Assembly: GCA_019561615.1 (NCBI GenBank)
Contig: JAHEQA010000036.1
Location: forward strand, 27,335-91,334
Origin: Methanothermococcus sp. SCGC AD-155-E23
Lineage (GTDB): Archaea; AGJL01; Methanococci; Methanococcales; Methanococcaceae
Length of the DNA: 64,000 bases
Direction of reading: 5' to 3'
The position numbers and the translations under genes are program-made. Under the pieces are notes generated by a model, which worked only from the letters and a program-made list of their open reading frames with translations, ran no database searches and was not told the DNA's origin. Of this stretch, positions 54,948 through 64,000 are shown piece by piece; the stretch's first letter is position 1, and every line of letters starts with the position of its first letter.

Positions 54948-55661
54948 TTAGAGATACACTATCCCCTCCTTGGATCTAACAACAACGTTAGGTATGTACT
55001 CCTTGGCAATCCTTCCCAACTCTAAAAGTTCCTCCAAGGTAGGCTCCCTTAACCTCCTGTACTCCTCCTTCCAGGCATGTTCACTGTCAAACTGCTGTAG
55101 GGCGTAGAGATTACAACCCTTCACAGTCTTAACAATGGTGTAGATATCTCCCTTATCCATCTTCCCAGGTACGTAGGTTGTTCTACATTCGAGGAAGATA
55201 CCCTCCCTCTTACATATCTTTACAAGTTTCCTCACGTTACCCTCTATCTTACTACCGTCGTACTGGGCAATATCCCAGTACTTCTCAAAGGCACATTTAA
55301 CATCTAGGGCTAGGTAGTCTATAAGACCCTCCTGGATCAGCTCCTTTACAGTATCCACGTTGGACCCGTTGGTATCTAACTTTATTGGAAGGTTCCCCTC
55401 CCTCTTAACTATCCTACAGAACTCCTTGAGATCCTGAGGTTGCACAGTAGGTTCCCCGCCACTTACCACTATAGCCTCTGAGAAGGTTAAATCTATACTC
55501 TTGTATACCTTGTAGGGTGGAAGGTCGTAGGTGTTTTTCTTCATCTGGAGGTAGTTGTGACAGTATCCACACCTCATATTACAACCACTCATAAATACAA
55601 CAGAGGAGCACTTCTTTGGATAGTCCAGGGTGGAGAGATCTAATATTCCAAATATCTTCAT
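54948..55661 (-). CDS. Anaerobic ribonucleotide reductase-activating radical SAM protein
   Basis: STLDYP, GCNMRCGYCHN, SGGEPT, KLDTNG, LDVK, E.RTT. Confidence 0.85.
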   Translation of the reverse strand: MKIFGILDLSTLDYPKKCSSVVFMSGCNMRCGYCHNYLQMKKNTYDLPPYKVYKSIDLTFSEAIVVSGGEPTVQPQDLKEFCRIVKREGNLPIKLDTNGSNVDTVKELIQEGLIDYLALDVKCAFEKYWDIAQYDGSKIEGNVRKLVKICKREGIFLECRTTYVPGKMDKGDIYTIVKTVKGCNLYALQQFDSEHAWKEEYRRLREPTLEELLELGRIAKEYIPNVVVRSKEGIVYL

Positions 55662-55723
55662 AGTATCCCTTTTTATAATCTTTACAATAACTCTTATCCC
55701 AAGACCTTAAAAGGTGGATCCCT

Positions 55724-56500
55724 ATGGAGATCCTAGTTCTCGTTGATAACATCGCAAGTAAACCCTACATAGCTAAACATGGTCTATCAGTAATTGTAAA
55801 AACTGAGGATAAAAGGATACTCTTTGACGCCGGTCCAGATCCTAACACCTTAAGTAGGAATTTAAGATTGATGGGGGAGGATGACTACTTCGACTACATA
55901 GTTATAAGTCATGGCCACTACGACCACACAGATGGATTGAAGTATATTGTAGAGAGGAGACCTGAGACTCCCATCTATATCCATCCAGAGGCCTTTGTAG
56001 ATAGGTACAGGGAGGGGAGGTATATTGGAATAGACAGGGAACTTAAGAAGGAGTTAAAGAAAAGGAACTTGATACTTGTAGATGACAAACCCCACTTTGA
56101 GGGGGATATAGTAATATCTGGAAAGGTTGAGAGGCCCTTTCCCTACGAGAGGGATCTATTTTACAAGGTATTGGAGGATGGTAGTTATAAGATAGACTAT
56201 GTAGAGGATGACATGTTTATGATTGTGGAGGATGTGGTATTTACAGGATGTGCCCACAGTGGGATAGTCAACGTTGTAGAATACGCCAAGAGGATAAGGG
56301 GGAGGATTAGAGGGGTTGTAGGAGGTTTCCATCTTATGCACGCCTCCAGGGAGTATATAAAGAAGATATACGACTACTTCTCCACCCAGGACTTTGAATT
56401 TATAATGCCCCTTCACTGTACAGGTCTATACGCCACCAGGTTCCTAAGTAAGTTGAACAACTTTATATATGGACATGTTGGCAAGAAGTTGATAGTTTAG
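55724..56500 (+). CDS. Metallo-beta-lactamase-fold hydrolase
   Basis: HGLS, SHGHYDHTDG, GCAHSG, GGFHL, HCTG. Confidence 0.9.
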   Translation: MEILVLVDNIASKPYIAKHGLSVIVKTEDKRILFDAGPDPNTLSRNLRLMGEDDYFDYIVISHGHYDHTDGLKYIVERRPETPIYIHPEAFVDRYREGRYIGIDRELKKELKKRNLILVDDKPHFEGDIVISGKVERPFPYERDLFYKVLEDGSYKIDYVEDDMFMIVEDVVFTGCAHSGIVNVVEYAKRIRGRIRGVVGGFHLMHASREYIKKIYDYFSTQDFEFIMPLHCTGLYATRFLSKLNNFIYGHVGKKLIV

Positions 56501-56504
56501 AATT

Positions 56505-57686
56505 TTACTTTAACCAGTTATCCAAGGTGGTGACAGGTTTATACCATCTGATCTTTGGAGGGGTTTTCAATATCCTGCCGTACTCCCCTCCTCCTCCAGG
56601 GTAGTAGTATATCCTGTTCTTCCGAAACATCTCGATAGTTCTACCAACCTTCTCATTTATCTTCATCAAGTTGGAGATATCCTCCTTGATAAGGACCTCT
56701 ATCTCGTTACCAAAGTGTTCAATGTACTTCCTCCAGAGGTTCTCAACGACCTTTGTATCTATCCCCCTCCCAATGGAGAGGGAGATGATCTGGGAGAGGG
56801 GAACTATCCTGTAGTAGGGAGGTCTAAACTCTGGATGGATAACCTTCTTATCCCTGGACAACTCCAAGGTCCTATCGTAGACTCCTTTTTTTATAACACC
56901 TCCACACCTGGCACATCTAAAGTTCAACTTTATGGCGTCCTCTATACGGTATCTTAGATAGCACTTTGAACAGGCTGTTAGGTGGTACTTTCCAAGGGCT
57001 GGAGCTAGTCCGTAGTTTGCAAGTATCTTCTTATGCTTTATAGCCCTCCTTATCTCCTCGAAGTTCTCCTCAAGACCTCCAATACCCCTAACTTCAAATT
57101 GATTGAACTCCCTACCTAACCTGTAGGGATGATAGGAGTGGGCATCGGAGTTACTTAGAAAGGGTATGTCCCTAAGTTCCTCTACCATATCTCCCATATC
57201 ACTATCTGCGGACAACCCCAATTCCACAAAGTCAGGTTTCCTCCCGTAACACTGGTATATGGAGTCGAAGGACTTGTAGAGACTGGTGTAGGGGGTGAAG
57301 GCATGGGCAGGTCCTATTAACCCTCCAGCCTCCCTAACTATCTCCATTAGCTCCCCTCCTCCAAGGGTAACCTTAGGTCTCCCTTCAACGTCTATGTTGT
57401 TGGAGTACCTTTTCAACCTCTCCCTAAGTTCATAGGCCTTGGATATGGAGGGTAGAAGTACAAGGTGGTGGACACGATCCCTATCCTCTATCTCTACAGT
57501 TAGGATTAAATTACTGTCTCTGTACTCCTGGATCTCCTGAAGGTATCTGGGATGGAGGCAGTCTCCAGTACCTATTATATGCAGACCCTTTAACTTCCCG
57601 TATCTCAGTACGTGCTCTACGTCCATATGTTTTGAGGTCCCACCTGCAAATCTAGAGTGTATATGCAAGTCACAGTTTACTATCAA
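56505..57686 (-). CDS. Endonuclease Q-like PHP-domain DNA repair endonuclease
   Basis: DLHIHS, GPAHAFTP, ELGLSAD, SNSDAHS, LGREFN, GKYH..AC..C..C..CGG, PGGGG.YG. Confidence 0.88.
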   Translation of the reverse strand: MIVNCDLHIHSRFAGGTSKHMDVEHVLRYGKLKGLHIIGTGDCLHPRYLQEIQEYRDSNLILTVEIEDRDRVHHLVLLPSISKAYELRERLKRYSNNIDVEGRPKVTLGGGELMEIVREAGGLIGPAHAFTPYTSLYKSFDSIYQCYGRKPDFVELGLSADSDMGDMVEELRDIPFLSNSDAHSYHPYRLGREFNQFEVRGIGGLEENFEEIRRAIKHKKILANYGLAPALGKYHLTACSKCYLRYRIEDAIKLNFRCARCGGVIKKGVYDRTLELSRDKKVIHPEFRPPYYRIVPLSQIISLSIGRGIDTKVVENLWRKYIEHFGNEIEVLIKEDISNLMKINEKVGRTIEMFRKNRIYYYPGGGGEYGRILKTPPKIRWYKPVTTLDNWLK

Positions 57687-57761
57687 ATTATCCCTCCTAA
57701 GGTTGAAATTTATTAAAAAAAGAGAGGTAGAATTAACACAACCATAATTAAAAAAAGAGAT

Positions 57762-58199
57762 TTACTCCAACTCCTTAAGGAATTTGGCTATCTTTTGAAC
57801 TACAACTTTTGCCTCCTCCTCGTTTTTAGGATAGATAAGATCTAACCTTGGTATCTTCCTCTTTCTTACCAGGTACTTTATAAGTTCGTTGGTCCTGGCA
57901 CAACCTATACATCCAAAGGCCATAGGAGCCTCATCCATGATAATGGCAGCCTCTGCCTCCTCAATTAGAGGCCCTATTAGTGCCATCCTCCCCCTTATTC
58001 CAGAGGGTACCTCTATAGCCGCATAACGTAATCCCTTCTTAGGATCCTCATCTGTTATATTCATAGGGGGGCTGTCTATCTCTGGAGTTCTAACCTTCTT
58101 ACCTATGACGTTGTTGAGCATTAGGGGTTTGTGACCAAACCTCTCAACAAGATCTCCAAGTATTAGACTGTTAGGTGGAAAGATAAACACCTTCTTCAT
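57762..58199 (-). CDS. Methanogenesis marker protein 5
   Basis: [40 protein letters not shown]. Confidence 0.92.
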   Translation of the reverse strand: MKKVFIFPPNSLILGDLVERFGHKPLMLNNVIGKKVRTPEIDSPPMNITDEDPKKGLRYAAIEVPSGIRGRMALIGPLIEEAEAAIIMDEAPMAFGCIGCARTNELIKYLVRKRKIPRLDLIYPKNEEEAKVVVQKIAKFLKELE

Positions 58200-58217
58200 A
58201 CTTTCACCTTTCCTCTC

Positions 58218-58607
58218 TTACTTGGGGAAGACGTCCTCAGGTAGGAACTTCATCAACTCCGGTCTCCTTGCCAGGAGTAGTACCTCCTCAAATATACCTG
58301 CAGTGATATCTACCACCCCAACTGCTCCAAGCACCTCGTCGTTGTCCATTATAGGTACCACTATTACTGGAAGTCCTGCATAGGGCCCCTTTATAACACT
58401 TACCCTCAAGGTCCTCTTTAACTCCATGGCTAACTTTAAGACGTATCCCTCGTAGTTGGTATCTACTATTTTACCCTTTTCAACCCTTACCCCAGGCTTC
58501 TCCTTGGATCTCATGGCCACAGGTAGCTTATTTACGAGGATGTGTATGGCATATGCCAGAGGTGCAATCTCCCTGGCATCTGCACCTTTTAGGGCCTCTT
58601 TTAGCAC
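58218..58607 (-). CDS. DUF2111-family protein
   Basis: LPV.MRS...PGVR.E.G...D.NY.G.VL, GPY.G.PV.V.P, GVVD. Confidence 0.8.
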   Translation of the reverse strand: MLKEALKGADAREIAPLAYAIHILVNKLPVAMRSKEKPGVRVEKGKIVDTNYEGYVLKLAMELKRTLRVSVIKGPYAGLPVIVVPIMDNDEVLGAVGVVDITAGIFEEVLLLARRPELMKFLPEDVFPK

Positions 58608-58674
58608 TTTCTCACCCTATAAGGTATTTATCTTATAAAGTGTTAATACCTAATATAAAAAACCTGGTGATAGG

Positions 58675-60012
58675 ATGAAAGTGCTGCTAATAGGCGGTGG
58701 GGCGAGGGAACACGCCATTGCAGAGGCCCTAAAGAAGAGCCCCTCTGTAAAACTCTATACACTGATGAAGAACAGGAATCCAGGGATATACAGACTCTCA
58801 GAGAAGGTCTCCTTAAAACCTGAGACAGATCTAGAGGCTATAAAGTCCTTTGCAGAAGAGGTAAAACCAGACATTGCAGTTATCGGTCCCGAGGCACCTT
58901 TGGAGGTAGGGGCGGCAGATGTACTCTGGGATATGGGAGTACCTACTGTAGGTCCAAGGAAAGAAGCTGCCCAGATTGAAACCAGTAAGGAATTTATGAG
59001 GGAGTTGATGAAGAAGTACAGTATAAGGGGGTCTGTGGAATACGCCTCCTTTGACACCTACGAGGGTGTGGAGGAGTACATAGACAGTTTAAGTGAGAGG
59101 GGAATAGATGTTGTTGTGAAACCTGTGGGATTAACTGGAGGTAAAGGGGTAAAGGTGGTGGGAGAACAACTGAAGGATAACCAGGAGGCCAAGGAGTATG
59201 CAAGGGAGATACTGGAGAAGAAGATAGGTGGGGGGAAGGTATTAATAGAGGAGAAACTTGTAGGAGTTGAATTTACACTTCATGGATTTGTAGACGGGAG
59301 GAATATCGCCTTCACCCCAGCAGTCCAGGATCACCCCCACGCCTACGAGGGGGATAAGGGGCCTATCACTGGAGGTATGGGATCCTACTCCTGTCCAGAT
59401 CATAAGTTACCATTCTTAACTGACAGGGATCTAGAGGAGGCCAAAGAAATCATGAGGGAGACAGTTGAGGCCATAAGAAAGGAGGTTGGTCCATACCAGG
59501 GTATCCTCTACGGCCAATTTATGTTAACAGCCGATGGTCCAAAGGTGGTGGAGTACAACGCAAGGTTTGGAGATCCTGAGGCCATGAATATACTACCCCT
59601 GTTGAAGAACCACTTCCTGGAGATCTGTGAGGCCATAGTTAATGGTACCTTAGATAGGATAAATGTGGAGTTTGAGAGGAAGGCAAGTGTATGTAAGTAC
59701 GTGGCACCAAAGGGATATCCAACAAATCCTGTAAAGGGTAAGGTTATAAAGGTAGAGGAGGAGAAGATAAGAGAGACTGGGGCACTTCTCTACTACGCCT
59801 CAGTAGATGAGAGGGATGGTAAGTTGTACCTAACAGGTTCAAGAAGTGTTGCCCTAGTTGGTATATCAGAAAATATTGAGGAGTGTGAGAGGATTGTTGA
59901 GGAGGCCATGAAGTATATAGAGGGGGAGGTATTCCACAGGAGGGACATAGGTAAGATAGAGTTAATTAAAAAGAGAATTGAGATAATGAAAAGACTTAGA
60001 AGAAACTCTTAA
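58675..60012 (+). CDS. purD: Phosphoribosylamine--glycine ligase
   Basis: [35 protein letters not shown]. Confidence 0.97.
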   Translation: MKVLLIGGGAREHAIAEALKKSPSVKLYTLMKNRNPGIYRLSEKVSLKPETDLEAIKSFAEEVKPDIAVIGPEAPLEVGAADVLWDMGVPTVGPRKEAAQIETSKEFMRELMKKYSIRGSVEYASFDTYEGVEEYIDSLSERGIDVVVKPVGLTGGKGVKVVGEQLKDNQEAKEYAREILEKKIGGGKVLIEEKLVGVEFTLHGFVDGRNIAFTPAVQDHPHAYEGDKGPITGGMGSYSCPDHKLPFLTDRDLEEAKEIMRETVEAIRKEVGPYQGILYGQFMLTADGPKVVEYNARFGDPEAMNILPLLKNHFLEICEAIVNGTLDRINVEFERKASVCKYVAPKGYPTNPVKGKVIKVEEEKIRETGALLYYASVDERDGKLYLTGSRSVALVGISENIEECERIVEEAMKYIEGEVFHRRDIGKIELIKKRIEIMKRLRRNS

Positions 60013-60033
60013 AATAAAAAAAAGAGGGAGAGG

Positions 60034-61206
60034 ATGAAGAAGATAGAATATGAGAAACTTCTCATGATCCCAGGACCTACCATGGTATCAAGTGAGGTAT
60101 TGAATACAATGGCCTATCCTGTTATAGGTCATAGAACTGAGGAGTTCAGGATACTGTTGGAGGATACTATAGAGAAGATGAAAAAGGTATTTATTACCCA
60201 GGGGGATGTTTACATCATCACAGGATCTGGAACTGCAGCTATGGATATGGCTATTGCCAACACTGTAGAGAAGGGGGATAAGGTACTTACTATATGTAAC
60301 GGTAACTTTGGAGAGAGGTTCTCCAAGATTGTGGAGGTGTACAAGGGAGATGTTGTTAAATTGGAGTATCCATGGGGAAGGGGTGCAAGACCTGAGGATG
60401 TAAAGAGAATCTTGGAGGAGAATCCAGATATCAAGGCTGTCACCGTAGTTCACAACGAGACATCCACAGGTGTAAGGAATCCAATTAAGGAGATTGGAGA
60501 GATAGTTAAGGACTACAACGCCCTCTATATAGTTGATACCATCTCCTCCCTAGGTGGTGACTACGTAGATGTGGATAGATTCCATATAGACATATGTGTT
60601 ACAGGCTCTCAGAAGTGTCTAGGGGCACCTCCAGGGGTCTCAGCCATATCCATAAGTGAGAAGGCCTGGGATGTTATAAACTCCAGGGAGAGTAAGTCCT
60701 TCTACCTGGATATAAAGGCCTATAGAGATAGGTTTGAGAGTAAAAGGGAGTCACCCTATACACCTGCAGTACCCCTGATCTATGCATTAAATAAGGCACT
60801 GGATAGGGTACTTGAGGAGGGTTTGGAAAATAGGGTTAAGAGACATGAGAGGATGGCAAGGGCAACAGTTGCAGGGTTGGAGGCCATGGGTATAGAGTTA
60901 TTTGCAGAGGAGTGGGCAAGATCTATAACTGTAACCTCTGCCAAGTATCCAGAGGGTATAGAGGATAAGAAGTTTAGAGGGATCCTATCTAACAAGTACA
61001 AGGTGGTCATTGCAGGAGGACAGGGACAGGTCAGCGGTAAGATATTCAGGATAGGACATATGGGAGAGGTAAGGGAGATCCATATACTGGGAACCTTGGC
61101 CGCCATAGAGATGGCATTCAAGGAGTTAGGCTATGAAGCCAGTGGAGGGGTAGATGCTGCCAAGGATATACTGGGTACGGGCTGTACTATAGATAGCAAC
61201 ATTTAG
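60034..61206 (+). CDS. Class V PLP aminotransferase
   Basis: LMIPGPT, GSGTAAM, VHNETSTG, VDTISS, GSQKCL, FRIGHMG. Confidence 0.93.
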   Translation: MKKIEYEKLLMIPGPTMVSSEVLNTMAYPVIGHRTEEFRILLEDTIEKMKKVFITQGDVYIITGSGTAAMDMAIANTVEKGDKVLTICNGNFGERFSKIVEVYKGDVVKLEYPWGRGARPEDVKRILEENPDIKAVTVVHNETSTGVRNPIKEIGEIVKDYNALYIVDTISSLGGDYVDVDRFHIDICVTGSQKCLGAPPGVSAISISEKAWDVINSRESKSFYLDIKAYRDRFESKRESPYTPAVPLIYALNKALDRVLEEGLENRVKRHERMARATVAGLEAMGIELFAEEWARSITVTSAKYPEGIEDKKFRGILSNKYKVVIAGGQGQVSGKIFRIGHMGEVREIHILGTLAAIEMAFKELGYEASGGVDAAKDILGTGCTIDSNI

Positions 61207-61294
61207 ATATTATTCTTCTTGAGTATGGGGAGACGTTGAGAGGTTAAGTAGGTTGTTGGACATGGGGAGTTTGGTTACCTTGTCTTAAATTTTT

Positions 61295-61935
61295 GACGAA
61301 ATTCGTACCCCCTAAATTTTTTCACTATAATACAAAATCAACCCCCTCTGTTTTCTTATAATAAAAAGTTGAACCCCCGGTGCGAAATCCGCACCCCCTC
61401 AAAGATTTTCCCCGGGTTTTTTCTCACCCACCTTCCCAAAATCCCAATTCCATATATATACCTGCGTCCCAGGGTATATATACCCCGGGACGCATTCCGC
61501 ACCCCCTCTCCCATTTTCTTATAGTGAATACCTGAACCCCGGTGCGGAATGCGTCACAAAATCCCTCTTAAGGTGCGGATTTCGTCCACCTACGAAGGTC
61601 AACCTCGAGATTTTCCCGGGACTCTTCCTTGACAACTGCCGCATTTCGCACCCCCCTCCAAGACCCCACAATTTTTTCTTATAATATAAACCTCATTTCT
61701 TATAGTGAAACCTCCTTTGAGGGCTAGTAACCCCTGGGTAATACCCCTAACTGTGCCGAAGTTCGGATCAGAGATTCTAATACCCCCTCTTAGGGTTTCT
61801 GATACCCCGGTGCGAAATTCGTCCCAATTCGACATCTCCCTATACTGGTTTTTCCAGAAAACCACGACGAATTTCGCACCTAAAACAGTACAACCCCCTG
61901 ACTAAAACCCAAAATAAGGACGAGATCTGTACCCC
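61295..61935. repeat. Non-coding cluster of 15-bp pseudo-palindromic motifs in both orientations, with TTATAGTGAA motifs and a 32-bp palindrome
   Basis: GACGNAWTYCGCACC-like copies at 61295, 61379, 61489, 61541, 61572, 61638, 61809, 61866 and 61919. Perfect 15-bp inverted pairs at 61489/61541 and 61809/61866. Confidence 0.85.
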
Positions 61936-61973
61936 ATAAAAAATAGTGACTTAACCTTCAGTGGGATATACGC

Positions 61974-62130
61974 CATACTTCCCCTATGCCCGCTATATGG
62001 GTACTTAAGCCCTAATGGTTACAGGTATTCCCCTGAAGATGTGGGGAGTTCCTCTTCCCTTGAAAGCCCTCAGATAAGAGGGAAGGTTATCCACTACCGA
62101 TGTTTCAAATGTGATAGATAATCAGAACGG
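61974..62130 (+). mobile_element. Internally deleted tnpB 3' remnant (IS200/IS605 or IS607 type)
   Basis: Broken-frame peptides HTS / LCPLYGYLSPNGYR / LKMWGVPLPLESPQ resemble, from recall, the Thermococcales/Methanococcales TnpB C-terminus TSSLCPICG.KLSPNG.R...LKMWGV..PPESP. Ends CAGAACGG. Confidence 0.65.
62033..62130 (+). ncRNA. HgcC/omega-RNA-like structured RNA
   Basis: Three stems: 62043-48/62054-59, 62067-71/62078-82 and 62085-91/62117-23. GATGTGGGGAG...GAAAGCCC...GGGAAGG...CAGAACGG matches my recollection of the HgcC family. Confidence 0.55.
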
Positions 62131-62133
62131 TAA

Positions 62134-62505
62134 TCACTCCTCCTCAAACTCTACAGTTATATTTTTTATGTTGAACTCCTTACCCCCATCTATTTTTAGT
62201 GATAGGTTGCCACATTTTGGACAACTTATAATAAGATCATCTACAGAGTCTAGCTCCCCCCTGTAACCACAGTTGTTACATGTGATATAGGGTTTTATAA
62301 TCTCCACCTCTATCTCTGCCCCCTCACATATAGTGGATTTGGAGATCACCTCGAAGGCGAACTTCAACTGCTCTACATTTATAAATGTTAACTCCCCAAT
62401 TTCCAGCTTTATCTTACTTACTCTTTTCACATTTTTGAGATTCTGGTTTTTTACAGTATCTAATATGGTGTTTAACATGAAGGTTGCATAGGATAACTCG
62501 TGCAT
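62134..62505 (-). CDS. hypA: Hydrogenase nickel metallochaperone HypA
   Basis: MHELS, IGELT..N.EQL.FAF, CNNC..CPKC, GG.E. Confidence 0.95.
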   Translation of the reverse strand: MHELSYATFMLNTILDTVKNQNLKNVKRVSKIKLEIGELTFINVEQLKFAFEVISKSTICEGAEIEVEIIKPYITCNNCGYRGELDSVDDLIISCPKCGNLSLKIDGGKEFNIKNITVEFEEE

Positions 62506-62574
62506 ACTCTACACCTTCAATTAAAATAATAAGGTTTAAAATGATTGTTTTTTATATTACTGCTAGGTGATAGG

Positions 62575-63453
62575 ATGAGTATTATAATAGGTTATTACGG
62601 CCATAACGGTGCTGTAATTGGTGGGGACAGGAGGAATATCATCTTCAGGGGTGATCCTAAGAAGAGGGAGGAATTAGAGAGAAAGTTATACTCTGGAGAG
62701 ATCAAGGATGAGGAGGAGTTAAAGAGGGTGGCAGAGGAGTTGGGGGTTAAGGTATACATAGAGGATGAGAGAGTCAAGGTGAAGAAGATAAACAACACTT
62801 TAGTTGGGGAGGTTAGGTCCATAGGTGCAGATTCCCGTCGGAGGAGGATGTACTTAACTAAGGGGATGTGTGCCATTGTGGATATACTAAATGACGATAT
62901 TGTAAATAAGTCTGTAAAAAAAGGTAGTGGTATTATCATCTTTGGAAATAAGTATCTGAAGGAGATAGCTAGTAGGGAACTTAAGAAGTACATGTACGAC
63001 TTCAACAGGATGAGTATTGAGGAGGTTAAGAAGGTTATAGAGGATGTACTGAGGAAATGTTGTGGGGGTCCAACATCCTCCAAGGATTTTGACATACTCT
63101 ATACAGATAAGAGGGAGAGGGATCTGGAGAAGGTTATTAAAGAGGATTTAGAGGAGTTAAGGAGGTACAGGCAGGAGTTAAGACAGAAGATGGAGGATTT
63201 CCAAAAGGTTATGGCCATAGTGAATAAGATAGAGACCAACGGGGAGGTTGGTGTTATCAAGGATGGAAAACTTGTACTAAATGAGGACCATTTAGCCATA
63301 GATAAGATATGTCCAAATCCAAGACAATTTAAAGAGATAGAGGTTGAAGGGGATTTTGAGGAGGGGGATATAGTGGTAATAGAGAACGGTGCCTTGAAGG
63401 TAAAGGGTAAGGATGTGATACTTAAGACCAACTACATCATATGTAAGAAGTGA
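62575..63453 (+). CDS. DUF2121 Ntn-fold protein (Connectase, MJ0548-like) with C-terminal extension
   Basis: MSIIIGYYG.NGAVIGGDRR.I.F.G, LE..LYSG.I, RRRMY.T.G. ATG at 62575 after GGTGA leaves an N-terminal Ser. Confidence 0.85.
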   Translation: MSIIIGYYGHNGAVIGGDRRNIIFRGDPKKREELERKLYSGEIKDEEELKRVAEELGVKVYIEDERVKVKKINNTLVGEVRSIGADSRRRRMYLTKGMCAIVDILNDDIVNKSVKKGSGIIIFGNKYLKEIASRELKKYMYDFNRMSIEEVKKVIEDVLRKCCGGPTSSKDFDILYTDKRERDLEKVIKEDLEELRRYRQELRQKMEDFQKVMAIVNKIETNGEVGVIKDGKLVLNEDHLAIDKICPNPRQFKEIEVEGDFEEGDIVVIENGALKVKGKDVILKTNYIICKK

Positions 63454-63455
63454 CC

Positions 63456-64000
63456 TCAGTATTCCGTGAGTTTCTTCTGTCTCCTGATATCCTCCACCTC
63501 ACTTATTAGTTTATCTATGCTGCTTAGGAAGCCGTCAAGGAGCTTCTTCTCCGTACTCTCTGTAGGCAGGGTTTCTGAGATGGCCTGAGCAACCTGGTAG
63601 AATACCCCCCTGTTTACGTATCTACTGTTCTCCAGGAGTTCCAGGAGCTCTTCTTTTCTATTATTTTTCCAGAGTAATAGGGCTTTGTGTATCTCATCTA
63701 CGAGGTCCCTTACCCTTATCTCCTCTAACTTTCTATCTTGTGGCCCTAGAACCCTTATGTACTCCTTCTCCCTCTTTATGAATCCCTTATTCCATTCCTT
63801 CTCTAGAGAAAGTCCCACTGACTGTGCCAGTTTCCGGGCATCGTCGTAGTGCACCTTGGCCTCTCCATAGCTCCATCTCCAGAGGATGTAGAATCTGGTG
63901 AGGGGTGTTAGCTCCTGGGAGATACCGTTATGCAGTATTCTTCTGACGGCGTAATCAGTTACTATATTTCGGAGGATCTCCAGCATCTGGGATATCTCTA
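63456..64000 (-). CDS. C-terminal part of a DUF1156-type adenine DNA methyltransferase (continues past window end)
   Basis: Frame is open to 64000. TRFYILWRW.YG...V.YDDARKLAQ.VG, L.D..H..L.LW, F..VAQA....LP...EK.LL.G. Family call from recall of this C-terminal pattern. Confidence 0.7.
   Translation of the reverse strand, partial: EISQMLEILRNIVTDYAVRRILHNGISQELTPLTRFYILWRWSYGEAKVHYDDARKLAQSVGLSLEKEWNKGFIKREKEYIRVLGPQDRKLEEIRVRDLVDEIHKALLLWKNNRKEELLELLENSRYVNRGVFYQVAQAISETLPTESTEKKLLDGFLSSIDKLISEVEDIRRQKKLTEY

Noticed and set aside
61599-61905. Two overlapping small ORFs in the repeat locus
   Set aside because: No RBS, atypical codon usage and no recognisable domain. A decayed gene cannot be fully excluded.
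61295-61935. CRISPR array
   Set aside because: Repeats are short, degenerate, in both orientations and irregularly spaced, with no cas genes.

Overview
Chromosomal window from a thermophilic Methanococcales archaeon (Methanofervidicoccus/Methanothermococcus-like). The assignment rests on methanogenesis marker 5, PSTK, Connectase/DUF2121, Fae-Hps, GGTGA ribosome-binding sites and scarce CpG. Most of it is dense housekeeping sequence: hypF, tgtA, a liv-type ABC operon, glnA, the proteasome/SBDS superoperon without exosome genes, pyrG, guaAB, glmS, purD, hypA and four tRNAs, one with an intron. Unusual parts: (1) a two-gene defence cassette after glnA, a PLD-nuclease/SNF2 helicase split at an RF2-like AGG GAG TTT TTT TGA site plus an Eco57I/TaqI-like adenine methyltransferase with an AT-rich specificity region; (2) a non-coding CpG-rich locus of about 650 bp (61.29-61.94 kb) made of about nine 15-bp pseudo-palindromic motifs, some in perfect inverted pairs, a second TTATAGTGAA motif and a 32-bp palindrome; (3) right after it, a collapsed tnpB remnant that keeps an HgcC/omega-RNA-like structured 3' end; (4) a DUF1156-type methylase at the right edge. 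NrpR-type operators precede both glnA and the liv operon. No CRISPR array is visible. All family calls come from reading motifs by eye; no searches were run.
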